DNA from: Escherichia coli
GTDB lineage: Bacteria; Pseudomonadota; Gammaproteobacteria; Enterobacterales; Enterobacteriaceae
NCBI RefSeq assembly: GCF_022846255.1
Contig: NZ_AP025682.1
Reading direction: 5' to 3' (one strand)
Length of the DNA: 64,000 nucleotides
Both the position numbers and the translations under genes were made by a program. The notes beneath the pieces were generated by a model, which ran no database searches, was not told the origin of the DNA, and saw nothing but the letters and a program-made list of their open reading frames with translations. Positions 1 through 9,152 of the stretch are shown in pieces. Each line of letters begins with the position of its first letter. Within the stretch, counting starts at the first letter, position 1.

Positions 1-1938
1 GATTATGGCATCTGCGTGCGTACAGGCCATGGCTGGCTGGCGCTGGACTGTGATAGCGAAGATGAAGACATTCAGGCAGATATTCGTAAAACGCTTGTGC
101 AACTTCTGGGTGAGTTGCCGCCGCGACGCTGGCGAGCAAACAGTAATAAGTGTCTGTATCTGCTGGCCGTTGATGGTGATTTCCGTAAGCGTATCCATCG
201 CCTGGCGGGGGATATGGGCATTATCGAGTTGCTGGCGAACGGGCAGCAGTTCGTTGCCTGCGGTACGCACAGCAGCGGCGCGCGTATTGAATGGGACGGC
301 GGTTTGCCGGATGAACCTCCGGCTATTACTGGTGAGCAGCTTGAAACGCTGTGGCAGCGCCTGGCTGAACAACTCCCTGTGTCGGTAACCACCGAAGCGG
401 GCAACACGAAGATGCGCGACCGATCAGCATTCACGCCCGGCGCGACGGATGATACAGCTGAATATCTTGATGCCAATGGCTGGACGCTGCTGGATGGCGC
501 AAATGGTGAACGATATATCCGCTGTCCGTTTGAAGACGGCCACAGTAGCGGGGGCGATCCAACAAGCACAGTTTATTTTCCTGCGGGAACCGCGGGCTTT
601 GAGCAGGGGCATTTTAAATGCCTGCATGCCAGTTGTGCGCATCGTGATGACGGAGATTTCCTTAATGCCATCGGGATCCGCAACGACGATTTCGAAGATC
701 TGACCAGCACCGAAGTGGCGGAACCTTTACCGCTGCCTGCTTTCGAGCGTGATAAATGGGGGCGTATCGAGGCAACCATCAGCAACGCAGCAAAAGCAGT
801 AGTACGCCCTGATTTTGTGGACATCGATATTCGCTTTGACCAGTTCCGCGACGAAATCATGTTTGCCCCTGCAGGATCCGGACAATGGCGGGCATTCACC
901 GATGCGGATTATGCGCGCCTGCGCATCACGATGGAAAAGCGGGGATTTAAACCTGTTGGTCGTGAACTTATTCGCGATGTGGTGTTACTTGCAGCCGATG
1001 AACAACCATTCGATTCAGCGATCACCTGGCTGAACGGACTGGAGTGGGATGGCGTGCCGCGCATCGAATGTTTCTACCATACGCACTTCGGTACAGCCGA
1101 CACGCCTTATACCCGTGCGGTGTCTATGTACATGTGGACCGCGTTGGCGGGGCGAGTACTGGAGCCAGGCATCAAAGCGGATATGGTGCCGATCCTCGTT
1201 GGTCCGCAGGGCTGCGGTAAGTCTTCCGGAGTAGAGGCACTGAGCCCTGATCCTGCGTTTTTTACTGAAATCTCTTTTGCCGAAAAAGACGATGATCTCG
1301 CTCGAAAAATGCGTGGTCGGCTGGTGGCAGAGATTGGTGAACTGCGCGGACTTAATACCAAAGAGCTGGAGTCAATCAAAGCGTTTGTGACGCGTACTCA
1401 CGAAAACTGGATCCCGAAATACCGGGAGTTCGCCACCCAGTTTCCTCGTCGCCTGGTGTTCGTTGGTACCACCAATGAGGACGAATTCCTTGCGGACAAG
1501 ACTGGTAACCGTCGCTGGCTCCCCGTGGAAGTGTCGAAAGTCGACGTGAAAGCGATAAAAAGAGATCTCCTTTTACTTTGGGCTGAGGCTCGTGAGGTGT
1601 TTCAGCGTCTGGGGGGTATCCAGTTCCGTGAGGCTGAACAACTGGCAGCGAGTGTCCATGAACAGTACACCATCAAGGATGCTTGGCTTGAAACGGTAGA
1701 GAAATGGCTCGACACGCCAGACCTGATGACTAATGAACTTCCGCGAAATTGCGAATTTTTACGCGCAAGTGATGTTTTGCGTGATGCGATTGGGCTAAAT
1801 CCTGACCGCATCGGAAAACGCGAAGAAATGCGAATTAGTAATGTTTTGCAAAATTGCGGGTATAAGCGTGCCCAAAGGCGAATTGGGGGGAAAAAATGCA
1901 AGGTTTGGGAACCGCTGGAACCACGCGGAACCACCTAA
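1..1938 (+). CDS. Phage DNA primase / replication protein, P-loop NTPase (VirE / P4-primase C-terminal-like); 5'-partial
   Basis: Reading frame is open from nt 1 (no stop before the GTG at 16), so the gene starts upstream of the window. Walker A-like GPQGCGKSS, Walker B-like LVFVGTTNE, N-terminal CxxC/HxxC cluster. Confidence 0.6.
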   Translation, partial: DYGICVRTGHGWLALDCDSEDEDIQADIRKTLVQLLGELPPRRWRANSNKCLYLLAVDGDFRKRIHRLAGDMGIIELLANGQQFVACGTHSSGARIEWDGGLPDEPPAITGEQLETLWQRLAEQLPVSVTTEAGNTKMRDRSAFTPGATDDTAEYLDANGWTLLDGANGERYIRCPFEDGHSSGGDPTSTVYFPAGTAGFEQGHFKCLHASCAHRDDGDFLNAIGIRNDDFEDLTSTEVAEPLPLPAFERDKWGRIEATISNAAKAVVRPDFVDIDIRFDQFRDEIMFAPAGSGQWRAFTDADYARLRITMEKRGFKPVGRELIRDVVLLAADEQPFDSAITWLNGLEWDGVPRIECFYHTHFGTADTPYTRAVSMYMWTALAGRVLEPGIKADMVPILVGPQGCGKSSGVEALSPDPAFFTEISFAEKDDDLARKMRGRLVAEIGELRGLNTKELESIKAFVTRTHENWIPKYREFATQFPRRLVFVGTTNEDEFLADKTGNRRWLPVEVSKVDVKAIKRDLLLLWAEAREVFQRLGGIQFREAEQLAASVHEQYTIKDAWLETVEKWLDTPDLMTNELPRNCEFLRASDVLRDAIGLNPDRIGKREEMRISNVLQNCGYKRAQRRIGGKKCKVWEPLEPRGTT

Positions 1939-2090
1939 AAGAGAAGGTGGTTCCACCTTGCAGACCTTGTGGCAAGCGGGGCGGAACCACTGGAACCACC
2001 TTTCTACTAGAAACCCCATATATATATATAAGTCGATTGAGGGAAAGGTTAGGAAAAGGTGGTTCCAGGTGGGGGCAGGTGGTTCCACTC
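1905..2090. repeat. Iteron array flanking an AT-rich tract; putative phage origin of replication
   Basis: At least 8 copies of GGAACCAC(C) in both orientations (direct about 1908, 1917, 1927, 1983, 1992; inverted GGTGGTTCC about 1946, 2058, 2078) around (TA)n at 2018-2030. Overlaps the 3' end of the primase gene. Confidence 0.5.
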
Positions 2091-2217
2091 CGCATTAGCA
2101 ACTTTTTGCATGTTGATACATGCAATATGCGAATCGGAACTGCGTTATCCACACCCACGGATAAACAGACGTGGTTCTCAGAAAATTTTTTCGTAGCAAA
2201 ACGTAGAGGTCAGAGCT

Positions 2218-2640
2218 ATGCGTAATATTCAACAGGTTTTAGAGCGCTGGGGTGGCTGGGCAGCGAGTGAAGGTGGTAGCGTCTACTTTCCTCCTGTTGC
2301 AGCCGGGTTTAAGAATCTGCTACCCGCGACGCAGTCTGGAAGGCTGAAATGCAGTGACAATGACGGTCTTATCATCAACTCCGCTATGAGCTGCCTGAAG
2401 AAAAAAGATCCGTATCTGTGCACGCTCCTTGAGTGGCATTACGTCCAGGCCATGCCCGTGCGGGCGATGGGTGAGAAGCTCGGCGTATCTCACACCCACG
2501 TTCTGAAGAGGCTTCAGGCGGCAGAGGGATTTATTGACGGTTGCTTAGCCATGCTGGATGTGGTGCTCGAAATGGATCAGTCGGTTCAGTCAAAGCCTCA
2601 GGCGATCAGGACTTTGCGTAGGAGCTGCTCGGCGGCATAA
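2218..2640 (+). CDS. Late-gene antitermination protein Q (QuuD-like small Q family)
   Basis: 140 aa; N-terminus MRNIQQVLERWGGWAA and C-terminal LKRLQAAEGFIDGCLAMLDVVLEMD resemble my recollection of E. coli prophage QuuD-type Q; sits immediately upstream of the lysis cassette; SD present. Confidence 0.7.
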   Translation: MRNIQQVLERWGGWAASEGGSVYFPPVAAGFKNLLPATQSGRLKCSDNDGLIINSAMSCLKKKDPYLCTLLEWHYVQAMPVRAMGEKLGVSHTHVLKRLQAAEGFIDGCLAMLDVVLEMDQSVQSKPQAIRTLRRSCSAA

Positions 2641-2671
2641 TATCCAGCAATCAATCACGTAAGGGAACCAG

Positions 2672-3013
2672 ATGGCTCTGATCAGCGTTCGCAACAGATT
2701 TGAAAGCTTCATGGAACAGAGGTACCCAGACCTGTCGTTGCAGGTCAAAGGTAATATTAGCGCATCAATGAAGGCTCAACTTGGCATCAGGATTGAACGA
2801 GAATTGTACAGTGAAGATGTTACTTACTGTGATTCAGCAGTTCAGTTGATGTGGACACTCTTTCAGGCAGGTGTTCTGGCCGAACGAAGAGCTACCAGCG
2901 TTACGCTTCCTGCGCTGAAGGCAAAGCCGGATAGCTTATACGATGCGGGTTATAACGAAGGTATTCAGGACTGTCGTAAACATCTGACGGCATCAGGCAT
3001 CAAGGTAAGATAA
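2672..3013 (+). CDS. Hypothetical protein, 113 aa, between Q and the lysis genes
   Basis: ORF starts 31 nt after Q stop and is followed by a hairpin terminator; no recognisable motif. Confidence 0.4.
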   Translation: MALISVRNRFESFMEQRYPDLSLQVKGNISASMKAQLGIRIERELYSEDVTYCDSAVQLMWTLFQAGVLAERRATSVTLPALKAKPDSLYDAGYNEGIQDCRKHLTASGIKVR

Positions 3014-3080
3014 AAAATAGTTGTGGAATTCCAAAAAGCCGATTAGCCTGATATCCGTTGAAAACAGTTCATCACGAAGA

Positions 3081-3104
3081 GGCTTCCGCAAGGGGGCCTT
3101 TTTT
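3081..3104 (+). terminator. Rho-independent terminator (GGCUUCC-GCAA-GGGGGCC + U6)
   Basis: 7-bp stem including G-U pairs, GCAA tetraloop, T-run 3099-3104, downstream of the 113-aa ORF. Confidence 0.4.
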
Positions 3105-3109
3105 ATTGC

Positions 3110-3334
3110 CCCATTCTGGGGAAAAGTTAATAAAACAGGGCTTTCGCTGCGAAAAAACGCTATGCAGTTTTTGCCCTTTTTTATGCACCTTTTATTCACT
3201 CGAATTTCGTCATTCTGGACCACTTAAGTTGATTAAATAGGCCTTTCATCGCAAATCTATTGCGAGCGGGGATCGTGTGGTTCCTATAACGTACATTATG
3301 TTAAATCACCTTCTTTTTTAACAAATTTAACAAG
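3110..3334 (+). promoter_or_regulatory. Putative Q-dependent late promoter / qut region (inferred by position only)
   Basis: Non-coding, AT-rich stretch between the Q-operon terminator and a strong terminator just upstream of the holin, analogous to lambda pR'-tR'. No confident -35/-10 assignment. Confidence 0.3.
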
Positions 3335-3357
3335 GTTCGCTATGGCGAACTTTTTTT
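3335..3357 (+). terminator. Rho-independent terminator, candidate tR'-like terminator upstream of lysis genes
   Basis: Perfect hairpin GTTCGC-TATG-GCGAAC (3335-3350) followed by T7 (3351-3357). Confidence 0.55.
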
Positions 3358-3458
3358 GTATTCAGGGCCCACCGAAGGACGGCTCATAACCCAATCCTAC
3401 GGGCGTATACGCAGGGCCCGCCTTTCAACAACACCCCGTAATGGCGGAGGTGGGAAGT

Positions 3459-3800
3459 ATGAAAATGCACAATGCTCCTCATTCCTGGCCTGACTTACTG
3501 GAACTCTTACAAAGTTGGTGGCGTGGAGATACGCCGTTGGGCGCAGTGGTTATGTCAATTGTTATGGCTGGTTTGCGCATTGCCTATTTTGGCGGTGGCG
3601 GCGGCTGGAAACGAAAAACGCTTGAGATTTTGCTCTGTGGTGCTCTGACGCTGACCTTTGCATCCGCTCTTGAGTATGTTGGATGGCCTAAATCGCTTTC
3701 TGTTGCCATTGGTGGCGGCGTTGGGCTGATCGGTGTCGATGCTATTCGTGGGGCTGCAATGCGAGTAATCGGTAACAAATTTGGTAGCTCGAAGGAGTAA
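3459..3800 (+). CDS. Holin (lambda S-like) with M-K-M dual-start motif
   Basis: Hydrophobic segments and charged C-terminus; start MKMHN at 3459/3465 preceded by GGAGGTGG; the ORF track's start at 3441 is also possible. Directly upstream of endolysin. Confidence 0.7.
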   Translation: MKMHNAPHSWPDLLELLQSWWRGDTPLGAVVMSIVMAGLRIAYFGGGGGWKRKTLEILLCGALTLTFASALEYVGWPKSLSVAIGGGVGLIGVDAIRGAAMRVIGNKFGSSKE

Positions 3801-3803
3801 TTT

Positions 3804-4280
3804 ATGCAGGAACTAAATCCCCAGCGTAAAGCTTTCCTGGATATGTTGGCCTGGTCAGAAGGAACGGATAACGGGCGACAACCGACACGTAATCACGGTT
3901 ATGACGTTATCGTCGGAGGTGAGTTGTTCACTGATTACTCCGATCACCCTCGCAAACTTGTCACGCTAAACCCGAAGCTTAAATCAACAGCTGCAGGCCG
4001 GTATCAACTTCTTTCACGCTGGTGGGATGCCTACCGCAAGCAGCTTGGCCTGAAAGATTTTTCGCCAGAAAGTCAGGACGCTGTGGCGCTGCAGCAGATT
4101 AAAGAGCGTGGCGCTTTACCGATGATTGACCGTGGCGATATTCGTCAGGCAATCGACCGTTGCAGCAATATCTGGGCGTCGTTACCTGGTGCAGGTTACG
4201 GTCAGTATGAACATAAAATCGGTGACCTGATTTCCAGGTTTAAAGATGCTGGTGGGGTGGTAAATGAAGCTGACTTATAA
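3804..4280 (+). CDS. Endolysin, lambda R-like lytic transglycosylase
   Basis: 158 aa; near-identical over most of its length to lambda R as I recall it (NPQRKAFLDMLAWSEGTDNGRQPTRNHGYDVIVGGELFTDYSDHPRKLVTLNPKLKST). Confidence 0.9.
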   Translation: MQELNPQRKAFLDMLAWSEGTDNGRQPTRNHGYDVIVGGELFTDYSDHPRKLVTLNPKLKSTAAGRYQLLSRWWDAYRKQLGLKDFSPESQDAVALQQIKERGALPMIDRGDIRQAIDRCSNIWASLPGAGYGQYEHKIGDLISRFKDAGGVVNEADL

Positions 4281-4788
4281 GATTGTCATCGCGGCATTTT
4301 TCTTCTCTGTCTTTGGGGCGCTCGTCTGGTCTGCAAACCATTACCACAGCAAGTATCAGGCAGAAAAGTTGCGGGCTGATAAAGCGGAAGGTGAAGCTGA
4401 ATATCAAGGGAAAGTGATAGCTAATCAGGCATTAAACTTCAATCGTTTTAACCAGATAGCAGAAAACGCAAGCCGATTAAATTCTCTGGTCGACATCGGT
4501 CACGAGAAGACAGTCATCAAATACCGTGAGGTTCTGCTCCGTGAAAAGAACTGTGATTTCCCTGTTCCTGTTGATATTGCTGTCGGGTTGCTCAACTACG
4601 CGAACCGTTTACGTGCCAGCGCATTGCACGCCGATTCCGGGGACATTGACTCAGCCGGTGATCGTGCCACTACCACCAGAACGTTGACATATTGCCAGGC
4701 TGTTCTGTGGATTAACCCACTGTTGGCAGCCATCGAGAAGGCGAATAACCAGTTGGCTGGTGTCCGACAAATAGAACAGTCCCGGTAA
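4264..4788 (+). CDS. i-spanin (Rz-like)
   Basis: N-terminal signal-anchor helix then a long charged helical region; overlaps endolysin stop; contains an embedded +1-frame lipoprotein ORF. Confidence 0.65.
   Translation: MKLTYKIVIAAFFFSVFGALVWSANHYHSKYQAEKLRADKAEGEAEYQGKVIANQALNFNRFNQIAENASRLNSLVDIGHEKTVIKYREVLLREKNCDFPVPVDIAVGLLNYANRLRASALHADSGDIDSAGDRATTTRTLTYCQAVLWINPLLAAIEKANNQLAGVRQIEQSR
4541..4687 (+). CDS. o-spanin (Rz1-like outer-membrane lipoprotein) embedded in the Rz frame
   Basis: Translation from GTG at 4541: VKRTVISLFLLILLSGCSTTRTVYVPAHCTPIPGTLTQPVIVPLPPER; lipobox LLSGC, Pro-rich C-terminus; not in the supplied ORF track (under 60 aa). An in-frame GTG at 4526 is an alternative start. 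Confidence 0.6.
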   Translation: MKRTVISLFLLILLSGCSTTRTVYVPAHCTPIPGTLTQPVIVPLPPER

Positions 4789-4849
4789 TAGCATTACAGA
4801 AGCTCTTCCAGGAGGGGCTTCGATAATGACCTGATAACTGGAAAATAAA

Positions 4850-5422
4850 ATGACTAAGAAGCTGAAAGCAAAACACGAGGTGTTTTGTCGCGAGTTTCTT
4901 GTCGATCTGAATGCTACACAAGCAGCTATTCGCGCAGGCTACGTCTCCAGGCGAGCACATGTTACGGGGGCTGAACTATACGGTAAACCTGAGATACGCG
5001 CCCGTATTAACGAGCTAAAGCAGGAGCGTATTGATCAACTGGGCATTGATGCGAATTATGTGCTGATACGACTGGTTGAGATCGACAGGCTCGATGTGGC
5101 TGACATCCTGGAGGACGATTTAAGTATTAAGCCTCTGTCTGCGTGGCCGGAATCGTGGCGTCGGTACCTGAGTGGATTTAACCTCGCTGAAATGTTTGAG
5201 GGGCGAGGAGATGACAGAGAAATGGTCGGGATCCTTAAAAAGATTAAGTGGCCTGATAAGGTTAAAAACCTTGAGTTGCTTGGGCGTCATGTTTCTGTTC
5301 AGGCGTTTAAAGACAACGTCAAAAATGAAGTGACTGGCGCTGATGGAGGACCCGTCAGAACAGAAATTACCAACTTAACGCCGGAGCAGGCTGCAGAGGC
5401 GTATAGAAAAATGATGGGCTAA
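4850..5422 (+). CDS. Terminase small subunit
   Basis: 190 aa; N-terminal [16 protein letters not shown] motif typical of phage small terminase; directly upstream of large terminase. Confidence 0.8.
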   Translation: MTKKLKAKHEVFCREFLVDLNATQAAIRAGYVSRRAHVTGAELYGKPEIRARINELKQERIDQLGIDANYVLIRLVEIDRLDVADILEDDLSIKPLSAWPESWRRYLSGFNLAEMFEGRGDDREMVGILKKIKWPDKVKNLELLGRHVSVQAFKDNVKNEVTGADGGPVRTEITNLTPEQAAEAYRKMMG

Positions 5423-5424
5423 GT

Positions 5425-7047
5425 ATGCCGTTACCATTCCCCTTCGATTTTAAACATCCTGATTACCAGATGGTTTTTGAATGGCGGATGGAACGCCTGC
5501 AGCGCATTCGCCAGAATCCTGAAATATTGCCTGCACTAAAACAGTTTTACCGAACTAATCCGGCTCAGTTCATCATCGACTGGGGCATGACAACGGACCC
5601 GCGTAATATTGATTATGGCCTGCCGGTGACCATTCCGTTTTTACTCTTCCCTAAGCAGGAGGAGTGGATCCACTGGATTATGGAACGCTGGGGCAATCGG
5701 GAGAATGGTATTACCGAAAAATCCCGTGAAATGGGGCTCAGTTGGACCGCGATCGGACTGGCATGTTCGCTTTGTCTCTTCAACAAAGAAATGGTTATCG
5801 GTTTCGGCTCCCGTAAAGAGGAATACGTCGACAGCACCGGTGACCCGAAAGCATTGTTCTGGAAGGCGCGCAAGTTCGTGGAAACACTGCCTGTAGAGTT
5901 TCGCGGTTCGTGGAGCGAGAAGAAGCACGCGCCATATATGCGTGTTGAGTTTCCTGAAACTGGTGCCGTTATCAAAGGCGAGGCTGGCGATAATATTGGT
6001 CGTGGTGACCGTACCACGCTTTATCTGGTTGATGAGGCTGCATTCCTTCAGCGTCCTCTGCTGATTGATGCGGCGTTGTCACAAACGACGCGTTGCCGTA
6101 TCGACCTGAGTTCAGTTAACGGCATGGCGAACCCGTTCGCTCAGAAGCGTCATGGCGGGAAGATACCAGTATTCACATTCCACTGGCGGGATGATCCTCG
6201 CAAGGATGAAGAGTGGTATCGCAGGGAATGCGAGAAAATCGATAATCCGGTGGTGGTGGCACAGGAACTTGATCTGAACTACAGCGCATCAGCGGAAGGC
6301 GTCCTGATTCCATCCGAATGGGTACAGGCTGCCGTTGATGCGCATATCAAACTGGGTATCCAGCCAACAGGCAAACGACTTGGCGCGATGGATGTCGCCG
6401 ACGAAGGCAGGGACAAAAATGCCTTTTCCACCCGTCATGGCTTCCTCCTGGAAAATGTGCGGGAATGGTCCGGTGTGGGCAGCGACATTTATCAGTCCGT
6501 CGAGAAGGTTTTCGGCTTTTGCGAACAGGATAACCTCGAAGAGTTTCGCTTTGACGAGGACGGGCTGGGCGCTGGCGTTCGCGGCGATGCACGCGCTATC
6601 AACGAACTGCGTAACGCTGCGCGTCGACCGTCAATACTCGCCACACCGTTTCGAGGTAGTGGCGCGGTATTTGATCCGGATGATGAAGCTGTTCGCGGGG
6701 ACAACGGGCAAGCCGCACGTCTGAACAAGGACTTCTTCGCTAACGCCAAAGCCCAAAGCTGGTGGCGGTTACGTAAACTTTTTCAGAATACCTGGCGCGC
6801 CGTGGTTGAAGGTATGGCTTACAACCCGGACGAAATCATCTCAATCAGCAGTAGCATGGCACTCAAAGATAAACTCATCATCGAGCTTTCGCAGCCGACC
6901 TATTCCATTAATGGTGTGGGAAAAATCGTTATTGATAAACAGCCTGATGGGACCCGGTCGCCAAATCTTGCCGACTCGGTGATGATCAACTATGCCCCAA
7001 TGAATTCAGCCCTGAACATCTGGGAGTTGCTAGGGAGACAGGCCTGA
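5425..7047 (+). CDS. Terminase large subunit
   Basis: 540 aa; Walker B-like LYLVDEAAF; position between small terminase and portal. Confidence 0.75.
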   Translation: MPLPFPFDFKHPDYQMVFEWRMERLQRIRQNPEILPALKQFYRTNPAQFIIDWGMTTDPRNIDYGLPVTIPFLLFPKQEEWIHWIMERWGNRENGITEKSREMGLSWTAIGLACSLCLFNKEMVIGFGSRKEEYVDSTGDPKALFWKARKFVETLPVEFRGSWSEKKHAPYMRVEFPETGAVIKGEAGDNIGRGDRTTLYLVDEAAFLQRPLLIDAALSQTTRCRIDLSSVNGMANPFAQKRHGGKIPVFTFHWRDDPRKDEEWYRRECEKIDNPVVVAQELDLNYSASAEGVLIPSEWVQAAVDAHIKLGIQPTGKRLGAMDVADEGRDKNAFSTRHGFLLENVREWSGVGSDIYQSVEKVFGFCEQDNLEEFRFDEDGLGAGVRGDARAINELRNAARRPSILATPFRGSGAVFDPDDEAVRGDNGQAARLNKDFFANAKAQSWWRLRKLFQNTWRAVVEGMAYNPDEIISISSSMALKDKLIIELSQPTYSINGVGKIVIDKQPDGTRSPNLADSVMINYAPMNSALNIWELLGRQA

Positions 7048-8513
7048 TGGCACGAAACAAACAAGCCCTGCGGCGAACTGCGCAGGCCACAGCTGATGGT
7101 TATGAGAATTTTATCGCCCGCGTAGGGATGCAGACACCTAACCAGCACTCAGCATCCACCTACCGGGCTAATTTCACCAGTCGTAACCGCATGCTGGTGG
7201 AATGGTCCTATCGTTCTTCCTGGATCATCGGCGAAGCAGTCGATGCTATCCCGGATGATATGACCCGCAAAGGCATTCGCATCACTTCGGAAATTGATGC
7301 AAAAGATCGTGGCATTCTCGAATCACAACTGGATGAGTTGCAAATCTGGGATGCGCTGAATGACGTGCTGAAATGGTCGCGCCTCTACGGCGGCGCGGTG
7401 GGTTTCATCATGATTGAGGGGCAGGCACCAATGACCCCGCTGCGACCCGAAACCATCGGTAAGGGCAAGTTTAAGGGGATTCTCCCGCTCGACCGCTGGA
7501 TGATTGACCCGGTACTGACCCGCCGCATTAAAGATATGGGGCCGGACCTGGGTAAACCTGAGTTTTATGATGTGGTGACCACAGCAACGGGAATTCCTGC
7601 CTGGCGCATTCATCACAGTCGCCTGATTCGCTTTGATGGCGTCACGCTGCCATTTCAGCAGAAGATGACCGAGAACGAATGGGGAATGTCGGTTGTAGAG
7701 CGTATCTGGGATCGTCTTACCGCGTTCGACAGCGCTACTGTCGGTGCGGCGCAGCTGGTCTACAAGGCGCATTTGCGTACCTACAGCGTGGAGAAGCTAC
7801 GCGAGCTTATCGCACTTGGTGGTCCTGCGTATGAAGCGTTGCTGAAGAATATTGACCTGATTCGACAGTTCCAGAGCAATGAAGGCATGACTCTCATGGA
7901 CTCGCGGGATAAGTTTGAAACCCATCAGTACAGCTTCAGTGGTCTGGATGACATCCTTTCACAGTTTGCAGAACAGATTAGTGGCGCTGTTGGTATCCCA
8001 CTGGTGCGGTTGTTCGGACAGTCCCCGAAGGGATTTTCTACCGGCGATGCAGACCTTGCCAACTATTACGACCGGGTAAGTTCGTTGCAGGAGAGGCGTT
8101 TACGTCTTCCGGTGCGGCGGATACTGGACATCATGCATCGTTCGGAACTTGGCAAGCCGCTCCCGGATGATTTTACATTTGAGTTTAACCCGCTCTGGCA
8201 AATGTCTGATGTCGATCGTTCAACGGTGGCATTAAATACCACCAACGCAATCAGTACAGCGCTGGGTGATGGTCTGATGACACTGAAAGCTGCTATGACT
8301 GATTTGCGCGAAAATTCTGACGTAACCGGCATCGGGGCATCCATTACCGACGAGGACATCGAGAATGCCGAAGACGAAGCGCCGCCCGGCATCGGCGAAC
8401 CTGATGACGAACCGCAGGAACCGTCAGGCGGAAATCCGCTATCGAACCAGCCTACGCAGGATAGCGCGGGCGGTCGGGGACATCGTAAATGGTCGCTACG
8501 ATGGTTCAAATGA
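7047..8513 (+). CDS. Portal protein (putative)
   Basis: 488 aa; follows large terminase with ATGA overlap; acidic C-terminus. Confidence 0.65.
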   Translation: MARNKQALRRTAQATADGYENFIARVGMQTPNQHSASTYRANFTSRNRMLVEWSYRSSWIIGEAVDAIPDDMTRKGIRITSEIDAKDRGILESQLDELQIWDALNDVLKWSRLYGGAVGFIMIEGQAPMTPLRPETIGKGKFKGILPLDRWMIDPVLTRRIKDMGPDLGKPEFYDVVTTATGIPAWRIHHSRLIRFDGVTLPFQQKMTENEWGMSVVERIWDRLTAFDSATVGAAQLVYKAHLRTYSVEKLRELIALGGPAYEALLKNIDLIRQFQSNEGMTLMDSRDKFETHQYSFSGLDDILSQFAEQISGAVGIPLVRLFGQSPKGFSTGDADLANYYDRVSSLQERRLRLPVRRILDIMHRSELGKPLPDDFTFEFNPLWQMSDVDRSTVALNTTNAISTALGDGLMTLKAAMTDLRENSDVTGIGASITDEDIENAEDEAPPGIGEPDDEPQEPSGGNPLSNQPTQDSAGGRGHRKWSLRWFK

Positions 8514-9138
8514 CAGTATCACGGAAATTATTGAGGCGCTGGAACGCTACAGTGAAATCATAACCCCCTGGGCGACAAAGGTCGCGGAAAACTTTACCGC
8601 CGACATTGTGCGCAAGAATGATGAGCAGTGGCGTAAACACAGCAAAACCATCAGCCGTGAGCTACGCAATCTGGTAAACAGTGCCCCTCCAGGGCAGGTG
8701 ATGAAATCCATCGTTGCTGAACAGGTTAAGTACATCAAATCGCTACCCCTCGAGGCGGCTGACAGGGTGTACGACATCCAGAATCGGGCGATAGAAGCTG
8801 TTGTTACCGGTGGGAGAGCGGAACATTTTGCTAAAGAAATAGCAGCATCGGGTGATATAGCAAAGTCCAGAGCTGACCTGATTGCCTGTACTGAACTTGG
8901 ACGTGCAACCGGCGCGCTGGATCAGGCGCGTGCGCTGTCAATTGGTTCGAATGGTTATATCTGGCGTACAGCCGAAGATGGTGATGTCAGGCATTCTCAT
9001 CGGGAAATGGAAGGTAAATTTGTCGAATGGGGCAAACCTCCAACGCTTGACGGCATGACAGGTCACGCTGGCGAGCTCCCGAATTGTCGCTGTAATAAAG
9101 AAATTGTTTTTCCCACCTCCCATTCTTACCCCGCCTGA
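8365..9138 (+). CDS. Head morphogenesis protein (Mu F-like / SPP1 gp7 family); start uncertain
   Basis: 257 aa; C-terminal region with NCRC motif as in F-like minor capsid proteins; overlaps portal 3' end by 149 nt if the 8365 ATG is used (alternative ATG at 8404). Confidence 0.6.
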   Translation: MPKTKRRPASANLMTNRRNRQAEIRYRTSLRRIARAVGDIVNGRYDGSNDSITEIIEALERYSEIITPWATKVAENFTADIVRKNDEQWRKHSKTISRELRNLVNSAPPGQVMKSIVAEQVKYIKSLPLEAADRVYDIQNRAIEAVVTGGRAEHFAKEIAASGDIAKSRADLIACTELGRATGALDQARALSIGSNGYIWRTAEDGDVRHSHREMEGKFVEWGKPPTLDGMTGHAGELPNCRCNKEIVFPTSHSYPA

Positions 9139-9152
9139 ATCGCAGGTAACAC

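Noticed and set aside
72-899. Minus-strand ORFs (165, 72, 108 aa) within the primase gene
   Set aside because: Antisense to a motif-bearing replication protein frame.
1905-2090. Possible CRISPR array
   Set aside because: Repeats are only 8-9 bp, occur in both orientations with irregular spacing and partly inside a coding sequence; consistent with iterons, not CRISPR. No cas genes in the window.
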